A stretch of 63,621 nt of DNA, counting the filler, from Reticulomyxa filosa (Eukaryota; Protista; Foraminifera): NCBI GenBank assembly GCA_000512085.1. It is 15 parts of 15 records of this genome, joined end to end, with 100 filler letters (N's around TTAATTAATTAA, not from the genome) between each part and the next. Parts side by side here need not be neighbours in the genome. Positions count along the whole stretch, not along the records: positions 39,217 to 61,447 come from ASPP01028993.1; 14 more parts are not named here. The stretch is one strand, 5' to 3'. The translations under genes were made by a program, and so were the position numbers. The number at the start of each line of letters is the position of its first letter. Position 1 is the stretch's first letter. Shown here one piece after another: positions 41,010-54,525 of the stretch. The notes beneath the pieces are model-generated. The model was given only the letters and a program-made list of their open reading frames with translations. It made no database searches and had not been told where the DNA came from.

Positions 41010-41760
41010 GTTACAATGTGCTGATGTTTTTCAAATAACAATTTCCGTTGCAACTGCTTGGAAATTCTTATATAGCATTAAATTCCTCGGTGTCTTCTGC
41101 TTACGAAATCAGTTCTTTGATTTTTGAACTTTCTTTCGTAATCGACGTAAACTGTCCTCTACCAAGGTTTATTGCCTTTCCATATTGTCCTTATGCCAAT
41201 GGTTGCCTCTCCAGCCTCAGCAACACATTTTGTCCAAGATTCAACTGCTTTGTTCAATGTCTCTGTGCTTACCAATACAATAGAATCAATAGATTGCATC
41301 CAATTGTCAATGTTTCTTTTCAATATAAATACTTGATATTGCGTTGTCTTTCATGAAATGGCAATGTATTCATAATACAGTAGGTTGCAAAGAAATCAAG
41401 AATACTCTCATCCATCATCCATGTATGATCCAACTATGCAGGATGATGTAAATTCCAATCTCCTCCAATGATAATGTATTCAGTCATTTTCATAGCATAT
41501 TGTAACTCTTGTTCGAATGCTTGAATATTAAATGTTTTACACTGCAAATTTCGATAAAACTGCATAATAATAACGGTTTCTTTTGATCAGGACAAGAAAT
41601 TTCCACCCAACACAATTCATAACCAATACATTGAATGTATCAGGCATATTATTAAATGATCGTGATACTTAATGCAAATCTCTTCGACATAACACACCAG
41701 ATCTTCCTGATAAACATAAAGATATTGGAAACAATCATCAATGTCCTTCTTCGATTTCAA
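41010..41760 (-). mobile_element. Degenerate LINE ORF2 5' part (APE endonuclease), inverted relative to the adjacent ORF1
   Basis: Minus strand EYIIIGGDWNLHHPA* and AVESWTKCVAEAGEATIGIRTIWKGNKPW*, matching 12842-13350. Confidence 0.8.
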
Positions 41761-41859
41761 AATTTCTTTTCAAAACTGCTTATATTATGAATGATCATGT
41801 AGCTTCACGTTTTCTCCTTCAAAATACAACTTTTTTTGACAAAAATTAATATCAATGAT

Positions 41860-43060
41860 AAAGTAGCTAAATGAATTTTTTTTATTAGTCTAAATGTTGT
41901 TTTTTCATGAAGAAAAGCAATTATCCTTGCCAACTTTCTTTTGCATTTTACTGTATTATGTACATCTTTTATTTTTAAAAGATTTTTAAAAATTAAAAAA
42001 AACCACTTAGCCTTAATCTTTGTAGGTGTTATATATCATTTTATTAATTCTACATGAACCCCCTTTTAACAAAATTTTTCATTTATATGTATGATTTTAT
42101 GTTTCTGATTGTTCAAGTTTTTTTGATGTTCGTTTTCAAAATTATGCCAAGTGTACAACTATCACAATAAAAAAAGTCAAATGCGAATTTTAAAAAAAAT
42201 GATTATTAATGTAATGATATATATGCCGCACTAACTTTATATACAAATGATGCTGAATATATTTTTTGTTTGGTGCAAGTGATGATAGTATTTGTATATT
42301 GATCTTGTTATTGTATTTTGTATATCTCTTTTGTTGCAATCATATCATTAGTCAATCTTGTCGTAATATGTTATATGTCATTTTGTGCGGCAAATGTCAC
42401 AATATATTGGATAAAATGAGCTATCAATCAATAACTCACTTTTTCATATCTTTCTTTTTTCTTCTTCTCTACTTGATTGCTTGTAATACCGATGTTTGTA
42501 TCATAAACTAGTAAATATGGCCAATATATCAATCATAGATAAAGCTATAAACTTAGTATTTATTATTTACATTCACTTCTATATTCATAAGAATATCTGT
42601 TTGTCATATTCGTGATGTGATAATTATTATTGTAACATATGCGTTCAAAATTTGCATAAATTGGCAACAAATGCCAGATAACATTGTAAAGTATCTACGA
42701 ATCTTGTAGTTTTTAAATATCATTTTGAATTTAGTTTTTATTAAGTCTTTCCAATTTTTTCCAAAATTTTAATCTTTCATTTACTTTAAAAAAAATTTTT
42801 GTGGTGAATGAGTATGATAATATTTGTTTTTTAAAATTTAATTCAAGTTTACCAACGTGTTATATCTCCTTTGTCTTTTTTAACTGCCTGTATTTTCTTT
42901 GGAATCGACTTTGTTAAGGTTTTACAAATATTTGTTTCATTTTTTTCAAATTGGTTCCAAATTTCTTCAGTAGTATTAAATAGTCCTTTTTTGTGAATCC
43001 ACCAAAGATTTTCAATTGGATTTAAATCAGATGAATTTGCAGAAAATTTATTGATTTTTC
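41860..43060. mobile_element. Tc1 family fragments: TIR end at ~41860-41953 and an inner TIR plus transposase 3' end at ~42690-43060
   Basis: High nucleotide similarity to 25510-25900 and to the right TIR; another TIR tip lies at 61548-61590. Confidence 0.75.
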
Positions 43061-44073
43061 ATGGAGAAAATCAATTATCATCATGATATATCGTTTTATG
43101 CTTTCAGTTTTCTTTGCAACCTACTGTATAACAAATAAAAAAGCGTCCAACGTAAAAAAAAGATTTTATATTGTTTTTTTGTGTATAATCATATACACAT
43201 TCTACTCTCTATTTTTAGTTTTTTTTAAGACGTTTGTTGGTTGATTGTCTTGTTTTTGTTTTGATTATGTCCATCTCCTTGTAATTGCGATACACAGCCA
43301 AAGATGAAACGAAAAACCCACTAAGTTTCACATCGAATCAAAAAAAGTATATTATGTGATTTCATGTTATGTCAGAACAAACATGTACAAATAAACTTTG
43401 TGCAACAGTTTTTTTTTAATTGCGTTATTTTTTAAACACTTTTTGCAAAGACAAATTTTCAATGAGAAAAAGCTATCACATTGCAGTCACTCCAACAAAT
43501 CAAATATCTTTTCAACAAATAAACTGCAACATTTCTGTTTGTCTCGATTTTTGAACATTTATTTTTTAATTGATTAAAGTCTTGAATCAAAATATCATTT
43601 CCTAAAAGAAGTAACCCCAGACGTTAGGAACAAGCAAAACAAATCAAGCAAAAAAAAGGTGGTATGACAAATAACAAAACATTTTCAAGAGCGAAATATT
43701 ATTAGGCAAACGTATTGAGTAGTGTTGCTATCTGCAATATTTGTGTTGCATTGGAATCTTCCAATATTCGATGCAAAGCGACAAAAAAAGAAAGCAAATA
43801 CAAAACAAATTGAACAATTCCGAAAAGACTGAAGTAAAAATTGACATTGTTGGTGTCACAATAATAGAACGTGGTTTTTTATAAACCACGTGACAAAAGG
43901 AAAGAAATTTCAACAAAGTACAAGTCTTTCATTTTTGAAAGTGACACAACTGTAAGTTTTGAGAAGTAGATATCGTGTATATTTATTTTTCTAATTTTTT
44001 TTAGATAGTTTGAAGACAGACTAGAAAGAGACTAGCAAAAAAATAAAAATGATGGTGGTAATTGTAAAATAAG

Positions 44074-46115
44074 TTATTGAGAATCCAATAAGCGTGCAAT
44101 AGTTCTGGAGACAGAATGTGTTGTTAGTAATTCTCTTCGAATATCGGCAACGGATACAGTATTTCCCAATACTTCCACAACTTGTTGTACTTGATCTTCG
44201 ATAGAAATGCCTTGGAAATCCTTTGACCAGGGGGAAAAGGAAGGGAGAAAGGAGAAAAAAGAGGGAAGATACATGAAAATATATCTCCAACGTTACAAGT
44301 ACGTAAAAGAGAGAGGTGAAAATACCAAGGGAAAAAAAGGTAATAAAAATCCCAAAAGCCCTCCAGGTTCAAGATGCCTTTGTCTTGCCCTTCCGTCATT
44401 GTTATTATGTCTATGTTCGTCATTTTCTTCGTTGTCTTCATTGCCATCGTCATTACCACCATTGTTATTATCATTATTGTCATTGTTATTATTGTTGTTC
44501 AAGTTGTTGAATGAGTCATCGAGATTATCCAAGCGTATAGCGTTTTCCAAATTGTCATTATCACCGACATTGGCATTGTCATGCCCATTATTTGCAGCAT
44601 TGATTGCGTCATGAGATTGATCCTCACTCAGTAGATTGCGCCGACAAACAGGACATATTTTTTTGTATCTCATCCAATTGGTTATGCAGCGTCTTTTCCC
44701 AACACAACAAAGAAGAGCAATAACAACAATTTCCAAGACATACACGTTACACATGCATATACATGTGCATATATGTATATGTGCGTATAAAAGTGAGTCG
44801 AAGCATATAACGAAACAAATGAAATATATGTTTGCATGGCAGTTTTTTGGCCGAGTCCATTGGGTCCCGACAGATGCCGCAGATGTCGTCGCGGAGTTCA
44901 TCAGAGGTGGCGTCTTGGAACTGGTTGTTGATGCGATGGATGACAGCACGAAAGGCGAAGAAATTGGAGAAAGAGTCGTGAATGGCCTTGACACACGAGC
45001 GGATTTTCAAGACTAAGAGGAAATCGATGACTGACAGCGATATGCCATGAATATTCCAAACAATGCAATAGTACCCTAGATACCACATGTTTAGCAGCAC
45101 ATTCCAGAACAAGTCGCTATAATAAATCCAAATATCACTATACGCAAATCCAACAATAAAAATTTTTAAAAAAGATTTGAGTTTTAACCCCTTTTTTTCT
45201 CTCAAGTATTGCATGTAATGTTTGTAAGTAAACTTGTCTCTTGCCAGTAGCTTGCAGCGGACGGCGCAGAAATGAATAACAATCAAAGAAAGACCGTGGA
45301 GCACGTCGCCGAGGATGGCGATCGAGTCGAACAAAAGCAAGAGGAACAAAGGTTTCCATCCAGTCATGTGTAGCGCGACATGGATGGCCGTCCAGCTCGT
45401 CGCCATGCTTAGCACTCCAGTGGCGAGTAGCACCAGCATACACAACAGCAGCTTCGAATACGGCGGACTGTGATATTCCAGCTCCCATCCGGGCATCACC
45501 TTGCTTCGCGAGATACATATCAATGCCAATGCTTTCAAAAATACTAGCACCAATGTCACTAACGACCACACTGCAAATTCCGCCAAATCCGCATCCAATA
45601 TCTCCCCAATCAATGTTATGCGAAATAATAAATACGACATTTTCATTTCTGACAAATTCTTTTTTTTTTGATCGGGTGACTTGTACCTCAAAGATGTCAC
45701 CCAATCTTTTTTTCTTATTACACAAAAAAAAACACCAAAAAAAACACCTTTTCTTCGTCGATGGAGAGCCCCTGGAAAAATAGTTTTGCTAACAAAGCGA
45801 ACGAAAAATGCAATACCAAAAATAGGAAACCGTCAAATATCTTTTTGTATTTGTTTTATTTGCGTTTATTTTTTTTCCTCGTTCTCATGGCGCTATCCAG
45901 CCTCTTCCTAGGCTTGTTGGATTGTGTGTCGTCAACGCGTCTCTCAACTCAACTAAATAATGAAATGCCGACTCAAAATATATTGTCCCAGTCAGATACA
46001 AACATTGGTAAAACGTTCCTTTCGGGACAAGTGTCGCCACTTCTGCAAATAAAGATCCAAAAGAAAGCGGGAATATCACGCTCAATAAACAGCTCAGATA
46101 AAAAATATGCTTCAT
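44074..46115 (-). CDS. ERAD E3 ubiquitin ligase, gp78/AMFR-HRD1-like (multi-pass membrane region, RING-H2, CUE-like C-terminus); multi-exon
   Basis: TM helices, then FQDATSDELRDDICGICRDPMDSAKKLPCKHIFH...CITNWMRYKKICPVCRR; C-terminal QVQQVVEVLGNTVSVADIRRELLTTHSVSRTIARLL. Start codon is tentative. Confidence 0.8.
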
Positions 46116-46576
46116 CGAGGCTATACGAAAAGCTAGATCTAACACAAAAAAAAGCATTGCAAATGTTTCTATGGATTATTGGGGGTTTCCCCTTGAATTT
46201 TATGGCCAAGTTAAAGTACTCGTTTTTATTTAAGATTCATCAACCAGCTGGTCAAAAGAACTACGATCAAATGTAAAGTGTGAATACTTGAAACTGTTAC
46301 TGGTATTACTTCTTATACACATTTCAAATGAAAAACAGGCGCTATTGAAAGAAAATTGCGTTAGTACTTTTTATTTCAAATTCAAACATTCTTTTAAAAT
46401 CTGTGAAATTTGATGAGAAGAAGAAAAAAAGGAGAAGCCCGCTTAATGAAAAACATTTCATGGATATTAGAATATAATTGGAATAAAACAATGACGGAAG
46501 CAAAAAGAAGAATGGCTCAAGGCTCAAAAGCAGAAAGCAAGAAATTTGTGGAATATAAAAATATGGATTATTGACT

Positions 46577-48381
46577 CTAAAAAATGTTATGTTGAGATGG
46601 TGGCGGATTGGGATTAGATTTGCGACCATTTCCAAAAGAAGAAGGGTAGATATTAGCAGAAAGAGTTGCATTCATCATTCTAGTAATCCCTTGCAACTGG
46701 CCTGGCAGAGCCAAAGCAAATTCAGGAGGAGGAATCCAATCGCGTAATGGAATAAATTCCTTGCCATCATCTCGACGAACTTTAGTAAGTGGAGGAAAAT
46801 AATTCAACATGAACCATTGTCTCATTAAGTCCGTAGAAAAGGGTCCCTGTTCTTGTCCTAAGTTCAACAAAAAAAAAGGGAATCTCAAAAAAGTTTTAAA
46901 AAAATGAAATAGGTATTACCTTTTTCAAAATCTAAATAATACCAAGTGTGCTCATTTGCAACTTGGTCTTTTGATTGTGAAGCAGAGTGCTGAGACAAAG
47001 TAGTGATCGTAGAAAGAATCGGCTTAAACTCTTTGTCACTCAAAATTTCAGCCTTTCGAACGTCCATTGTACTCCACTCTGATTCTTCCACACGTCTGAT
47101 CGGAACATCCAACGGCATCCATTGTCGGCGATACCAATGCCGAAGCACTTTTTTACTAAAGGGTCCTTGCACTTGTCCATCGTCGTCCAAGTACATCCAA
47201 CGGTACCCCCTTCACGCTCGCGAATTTCTTTTTGTATCTTTTCTTCTGTTTTTTTATCTTTTTTTTTTTTTTTTAATATAACACATGCATCACACTGTGT
47301 CAATTACAAAGCAACAAACCACAGCTAAAGATAACAACAATACAAAATTTTACAAAAGGTGAAAAATATTAAGCAATTTGAATAGTTATTAGGCATGCAC
47401 ATATACATAAATAAGTATATGTGTACATTTATATAATATGCATATGAAATCCCTCTCCTTAAAAAGAATACCGATAAAGATATATTTAAGTTTGAAAAAA
47501 GGCTGAAACAGGGATTGATTTTCATTTCGAAATGGTGTGTGATCAGGGATGTATCCTTTTTTTGCCCAGGTTTGGATTTGTTCGAACGGCCATGGCCCAT
47601 GCTCGTTTCCGTTGGAATCGTGATAAAACCAGTTATCTTCGCGCTTCTCATTTGCCGCATCTTTGTCCTTTGTGGCGTCATTCTCTCCTTCCGTCTTTCT
47701 CCCTTCGCTCTTATCGTGATCATCCCCTCCCTCTTTGTCTTTCGCCTTTGGCTTTGTCTTGTCTTTGTCACTCTCATTGGGCAAAAAGTCACACACGCCA
47801 CTAGGGTATCCACTGATCAGTTGGAATCCATTGCGATCATTTAAGATTGTCACTCCGGGGACTTTTTTTTGTTAGTTTAGATTTGATCAAAGTTTTTCAA
47901 AAAAGAGAGAGCGCAAGTTCGCAGTTTTTTTAATGGATTGGCTGAACTCAACTGAACTCTTTCACTGGCAATGAGGTGGGTATGAGCTTTGAATCGTACC
48001 ATAGTTTCATCTTTTCACTGGAAAAGGGTCCCTGGACGCTCAATTGCGGATCTAAGTATAACCATTGTTTGCTCTCTAGCTTTCTTGGGGCAGGGGCCTC
48101 CGGAGTATTGTCATTTGGACGGCTTTCACGCTTTATTCCAAATACGTCGGCGTACTCGCTTAGTGGCTTGAAATGTGGACTCGTGGAACGTCTGATCAGT
48201 AGGTTGTCTGTGAAGTGACCGTCTCCATACCACGTCTTGATTGTTGTCTGTTCGTCAAAGCCACGCGCAACGATGCAAACATCACTTCTCACAAAAATCC
48301 ATTTTACACAAGAAATTAAACTTCGTTAAAAGGTCCTTGTTGTCGACGCTGAGGGTCAATATAAAACCATTCGGCCGACAT
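46577..48381 (-). CDS. Multi-exon protein with five GYF domains
   Basis: Five W.Y.D..G..QGPF...M..W...GYF-like units: WFYIDPQ, WLYLDPQ, WFYHDSN, WMYLDDD and WYYLDFEK/GQEQGPF. Confidence 0.85.
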
Positions 48382-49554
48382 GTCACTGAACGTTTTTAAC
48401 TGTCAAAGCAGACTGTTTAATTTGCCGTACAAATCCGTTCCATCATTTTTTTTATTGCCCATTTAAATAGTTTGCTTGACTTTTGAGAACAGACGACACA
48501 AATGTCTCAATTATGGTCAGGCTTCAAATAACCTTTAATTGCTAGGATATAAACTAAAACTAGTACAAAAAATCTATGGTTGTTGTGTGCTTCTCACATT
48601 AAATAAAATCAATTTTGGTTAACTCATATCAACTCGAGTACAGTAACAACATCTACAAAACAACAGCATATCCTTAAATAAAAAATTTACCTTATATTAA
48701 TTGAAAAAAACATAAAATCTTGGTCATATACACTATTGTGTTGTATTTTTGCGGGCAATGAAATGGTTAAAATAAAAAAATGTAATGATTGTTTACATTT
48801 GAAAAAAGATAGGCGTGTTGAAATCTGTGGAAAATAGTGTACACAAGTTTTCTTCGGGCAAACGTGAGATTCAATAAAGGGGTAGAAAGAAAATAAACAT
48901 AATTTGGAAGGAAAAAATAATAGCCTTGGGAGAAATGGAACCTCGCCTTCCTCGTTTTCGAACAAAACCGCATTTTGACAAGTATTATTTGTCTATTTTG
49001 AGTGCAATTTCATCAGCGTCCTCTCTACCCGAGACACTTTGGCCAACATTGATTAGCTACCTAGGCTTTCACAACGAAGAGATAGTAGTTTCAAAGGGGT
49101 CGTGCAGACTTATTCTTTCCATGTAACCCAAAACAAAAAAAGTTTTATCATCCTTTCAACCGCCAAGAAAACAACAGGCAAAAAGAAAAACACAAATTAC
49201 AAATGCAAGGGAGTCAGCCAATGACAAAAGTGAAAGCGGCGAAGTGTTGCGTATAGTAAATTTATATGGATTACTTAATGCCTTGGACAACCTTGAAGAC
49301 AAAACAGTGGATGTGGCTCCATGTTTTGATAACTTGCAATTCTTATATAAATTCCTAAGTGCCTCTGGGTGGTGTTCTTATTTCCGATACCGTATTGTTA
49401 TCAACCCCTACCTTTCCCCGCACATTTCCTTTGAGACTCTATTTTACCCTTCCAAAAGTTATACACTCTTTTTTTTTTTACCCAACTTTTTTTTTTAATT
49501 GTAACAAAAAAAAAACAAAAAGAAAAAAGAAAAGAGACAAGAGACAGCGGAGAA

Positions 49555-51204
49555 TTGGACAGAGTGTGGAAAATTCTGCAACGCTTCAATTGGAAAGTAT
49601 TGGAATGGTGTCATTATTTGAATGAAAACACGGAGTATTTGCAACAGCACGCATTTATGCATCAAATGCAGCATATCAATGCATTTGAAATGCAAATGCA
49701 AAAAATACAAGAACAAATTTTACATGAATTGGATTTGCATCTTCAGCCTTCCGTTTGTCATTTCAGTGTGGCAAGACAGTTTGGGACGAGTGTATTTGAT
49801 CCACAACGGCAGATGTTCATTGTCTTTGGCGGATTTGGGGCCAGTCAATTATTGCAAATAAATCACGCCTTGGGATACATACCTCTGACACAAACTGAAG
49901 AAGTACATGCACAAAACATGCACAAGCCAGTTTCCGATTATTCCAATAAAAAATATTGGGACAAAGGAAAAGCACAGAAAAGCCTTTCACGTAATCGCTT
50001 GAACGATACGTTGTGGATTGACTCCACTTTTGTGTGTTTGCCGCAGCAATCGACACCGAGTGTCTATGACACTCTTGTCGAGGACAAACGATCGCATAGC
50101 ACATTTATTAAGCCTCGAATGCATCATACCAGTGCCTTGTTTGGGGATGTGATGTTTGTGTTTGGTGGCCGTGGCAATCCCAACCAACCAATGAACGATG
50201 CCTGGTGTTTAGATTTGAAAACTAAACAGTGGTACAATGTCACACCAAGCAATGACACCATGTTGTATTCGCAATGGCCCTCTTGCCGATATCGTCATGG
50301 CATGTGTATTATTACCGCTAACATTAGCATGGATACCGATCATGTTGATTCCATCTCCAATCAAATTGTCATTTTTGGAGGCATTGGAGGGGCCGGTGTA
50401 TTGTTGAACGATTGTTATCTACTCGAATTCATTCAACCAAAGCAAACCATTGATCCGACTACTGTTTGTCATGATTGTATTAACTCAATCACGCATTCCA
50501 GTGTTCAAGTCCTTCGGTCAGAGTGTATCAGTGATCATTTCACGGGACGTATCCCAAGTGCAAGATGCTCTTTTGCTATGGACTACGTCCCGTCCATGCA
50601 TGCAATCCTTTTGTTTGGGGGCTTAGAAACCTTGGACTGTGGCCAAATCCCTACCTTCGATCACAACATCTATGTATTGGATGTACGTCGTCGCAAATGG
50701 AACACGCTTCCTACCAATGGTTTTTTTTAATTACATATATATGTATATGTATACATGTATATGTGCACATATATGTGTACATGTAATTAACAAAAAAGGT
50801 CCACCGGCAATGTATGGACATCGTTCTTGTCTGATCAAAACTCTTGTGACCAATATGGGCAAGACAACTGGCATTGGATAATAACAGGCGGATTAATGGT
50901 CAAGTATGATGATATCAACTCGTTTACAATTACATATAACGACAGTGTGTGGCTGTTCAATGTGAATACCCGCACGTGGAGTGCATATAAGTGGAGCAAT
51001 GAAGTGATGCGGGATTACATGTTAATCGGACATTCCATTCATGTTTTCACCACTGAAAGCAACGACAATGATAGCCATTATGATATTCCGAACAAACACC
51101 ACACTATTTTGCGGCTTGTCGTTACCAGTGGGGGCATCACTGTCTTGTTTTATGGACAAGTCCACGTGCCCGTTTTCACTTGTTCAATTACTCTTCCGGA
51201 ATAA
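49555..51204 (+). CDS. Kelch-repeat protein (propeller loosely TYW4/LCMT2-like); intron 50720-50798; 5' exons unresolved
   Basis: Kelch blades VFGGFG, RMHHTS..FVFGGR, RYRHG..IFGG and LLFGG; one-base slip at ~50838. Confidence 0.75.
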
Positions 51205-51645
51205 GTCCACTATCTTTGGACAATTGCTTTATTGTGTTGTTACTCTTTTTTTTTGTTGAAAAAATTACAAACGCACTATTTTGTAGTTTAAAAATGTCAG
51301 AAGGTACATGCCAGTACTACCTTGTTGTATTATTGCTTATCTTCTAAAATAGTTTCAATTCTACGTGCAAAAAAAAGGAAATTATCTCAATTTCGTAAAT
51401 TGTTACTCACAATTTGAACCTAGTTGTTAACACTTTCAAACCAAGGTTAAGTAGCAAAAGAAATTGTCCTGGTAGACATAATGACAACACTATTCACAAA
51501 AGTTATGAGTTGTGAAATCACTCTCTTTGTTTGATTGACAATACAATTTAAAGTTATTTTGAAATTTACAAAGATATGTTGGATTAATTTCTCAACAACA
51601 AAAATAACGATTCTGTTGTCCTATTTGATCATTCTTTCACACGTT

Positions 51646-54052
51646 TTAAAAGCTTTTCCACAGTTGGACTATTTTATCACAAAAGCAAGATACAATAATG
51701 TTATTATCCGGCGAGATATCAAATCCAGTAATTTTCGAGTATTCTTTCAATTCTTGTAGCTCCATTGCCACCTTCAGATCCCATAATTGAATTTTGGAGC
51801 TTTCAACACACGATACAAGCATTTGTCCATCCGAAGTAAATCGTACTTCCATATTTATGTCGTAATTCGAATAATATGGATACGACAGCTTTGTCTTGGT
51901 TTGTATTGCTTGCACCTCTTTTCCAGACATGGTGTCCCAAAGTTGAATTTTTCCATTCTTTGCAATGGTTGCGATGATGTCTCCATCAGGTGAAAATTGA
52001 ATTGTTGCAATATCACTGAAATAGTGGGATAATTTCATTAGTTCGCTTCCTGTCTGTACACTCCACAATTGAATAAGTCCATATTGCGCAATAAATGCAA
52101 GTATATTACCATCTGGAGAGAAGCGTATATCATTAATTTTTGTTGTATCGCTTCTAAATGTTCGAATTTCTTTTCCTGATTCCGCAGCGAATATTCGGAT
52201 GAGTCCATCCGATACAAAAAGGCATTGGATTCCATCCCCTGAAAATTGGCCATGGGTGATGTTGCTCATATTAATCTTTATTTGTTTCATTTCTTGTCCT
52301 GATTTCACATTCCATAATCGAATTGTACTATCTTTTGAGCATGACATTATCTCCTTTCCATTTGCTGAATATTGAAAGCCATAAATCAAATTCGAATGTC
52401 CCACCAAACTTTGAATTTTCTTTTCCGACTTTATATCCCATATTTGAATAATATAACTATCAGTCGATAAGGCAATATTTATGCAATCAGGGGAAAATTT
52501 TACATTGCCTTTGGTATTCAAGTCTAGTTTAAACTTTTTAAATTCTTTGAAATATTTCATCTATTGATGTATGTGTTTTATTGGTTTGATATAAACATTA
52601 GAAGAAATAAACAATTGATAAAGATTACCACATACCAATAAGTATCGTGAAAGGATCAGATAAAAATCATCAATCCATCCAGGTTTAACGCATAATGACC
52701 GGAGCCAATATCGTATAATGGTTTCAATTTCTTTTTGTCTCTTGGTGTTTGTGAATTAATTATACGTGAAAAAATGAAGTGTTAGTATGTGTTTTGAACT
52801 TCACTGCCGCCAAAGCAAAAAAATAACAACAACAATAGTGATAAACACAAACAAACTCAACCGGTAATTTTTTCAAGTTAAATTCATATCTCATCGCAGC
52901 GATTTCGCCTTTAACTCGTTTTATATCTTCAATCTCTCTTTCGATATCCTCTTTTTTCCCCTCTTCAATAATCCATTGTTTCTCTTTGGCACTGCATTCG
53001 TTCATCCATTTCTTCACATTGGTTTTGATATGTGTCGATAATATGCAATCATTGTCATCTCTTCCGCCAACAATGTGCACAAATGCATTGCCCTCATCCA
53101 GTGCTCCAGCACTACCATACATTCCAATTGGCAAATTGTGTTCAAATTGCATCCATTTGTTTTGTGCCACAGAATATCGATATGCTTTGTTGGATGCAAC
53201 AGCATCAACACCACCATGCCCACCAAAAAACAGGATGAAGTCATTAATATAGAAATAAGTATAAAAACTGAATAATCTAAGAGTCGAACATACACGGATT
53301 TTGCAAAATCGAAATTGGTTGTTGTCTTCATGATAGTTAATCAACAGCCCCATTTTGTCACAAAACAACAACATCTCATGCTCATTTTTTTTGCTTTGAA
53401 TATCTTCTGTTTCATTTGCTTTGTGGGTGGATACAAAGCAATGGTACCATATACAGTTTCCAATTGGCAAAGTGCTATTGCTGACATATTTAAATGTATT
53501 CAAATCAAATAAATCAATATTGTTTGGACGATAGGTAATAAACAACAAATTGTTATTACTGCCCCCGATTATTGCACGAGCTCCACGATAGTCATCTTGC
53601 TTTCTTCCAATCAAAATTACCTTGTCTTCATTGTTGGTAAAAGGGACCCATTGATTATATGGCTTGCCTTTATCTTTTTCAATCGCACTTGCTTTATCGT
53701 CCCAAACGCTCACATATCTCATCATCAATGTATGCTTTGGCTTATACTCTGCTTGTCCTCCGATTGACAATAAGGTTATGTCATTCGCATTGCTCGTATT
53801 CACACGCTTCACCACAGTGTGTCCGAGTAGCGTCACTTCACTTGGGTATGAACAGATACGCTTATAGCGATTTGTGACAGTATGATATGAATAACATTCG
53901 TTATTGCGATAACCACCACAAATCAGAATTTCGTTTTTGTGAAAAACACATTGACCGTCAGAAAGCGGTGTAGGCAAAGAGGCCAAATTATTAAAGAGGG
54001 TCTCGGTATTGGTATGCACGCTTTGCTTTGCGCTGCTATTATTTGGATCCAT
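51646..54052 (-). CDS. Kelch-propeller + linker module + WD40-propeller fusion protein, 736 aa; exons 54052-52862, 52740-52636, 52560-51646
   Basis: Two phase-0 GT-AG introns join the kelch ORF (ILICGG, FFGG, IVGG), the exon RQKEIETIIRYWLRSLCVKPGWIDDFYLILSRYLL and the WD40 ORF in frame. Confidence 0.8.
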
Positions 54053-54525
54053 TTTTATAATGACAAATTAGTTTTTGCTATGAAGAGAAAATCCTGAAAA
54101 AAGCATGCGACAATTCGTTAGTCCGAAATTTAAACCTTTCGTTAGGGTTAAGTATCGTCTATTTGTATTTTTACAAAAAAAAAACATGAAATGTAGAAAC
54201 CAATGGCGTCCTAAAAATGTTTTCAGACCTGAATCTCACATTGTCTTTCCTAAGCTGACGACACTGGTTGGTTGCATAAAATGCGTTTTCTACTTGTTTT
54301 TTGCTCTTCATGTGAACCAGCTATTTACAAGATTTAACTAAACAAAGAAAAAAATAAAATGAACTTTTTTCTATCAGGAATTTCTTCAGCCCTTTTTGTA
54401 AACATATTGGCAATTAACATTACCTTACGGTTGATTGTTGCATTAAAGAAAAGTTTGAAAAAAGAGAAGGGAAAAGTATCACATCAAAAAGTATTGATTT
54501 GTTGAAACCAGAAGAAAGAAGAGAC

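Noticed and set aside
48800-49550. TYW4/LCMT2 methyltransferase domain upstream of the kelch ORF
   Set aside because: No SAM-binding motif or continuous frame could be identified, so no gene symbol was assigned.
50830-50845. Possible programmed frameshift in the kelch gene (also at 34365 and 38880)
   Set aside because: One-base slips in short A-runs are better explained by homopolymer sequencing error or decay.
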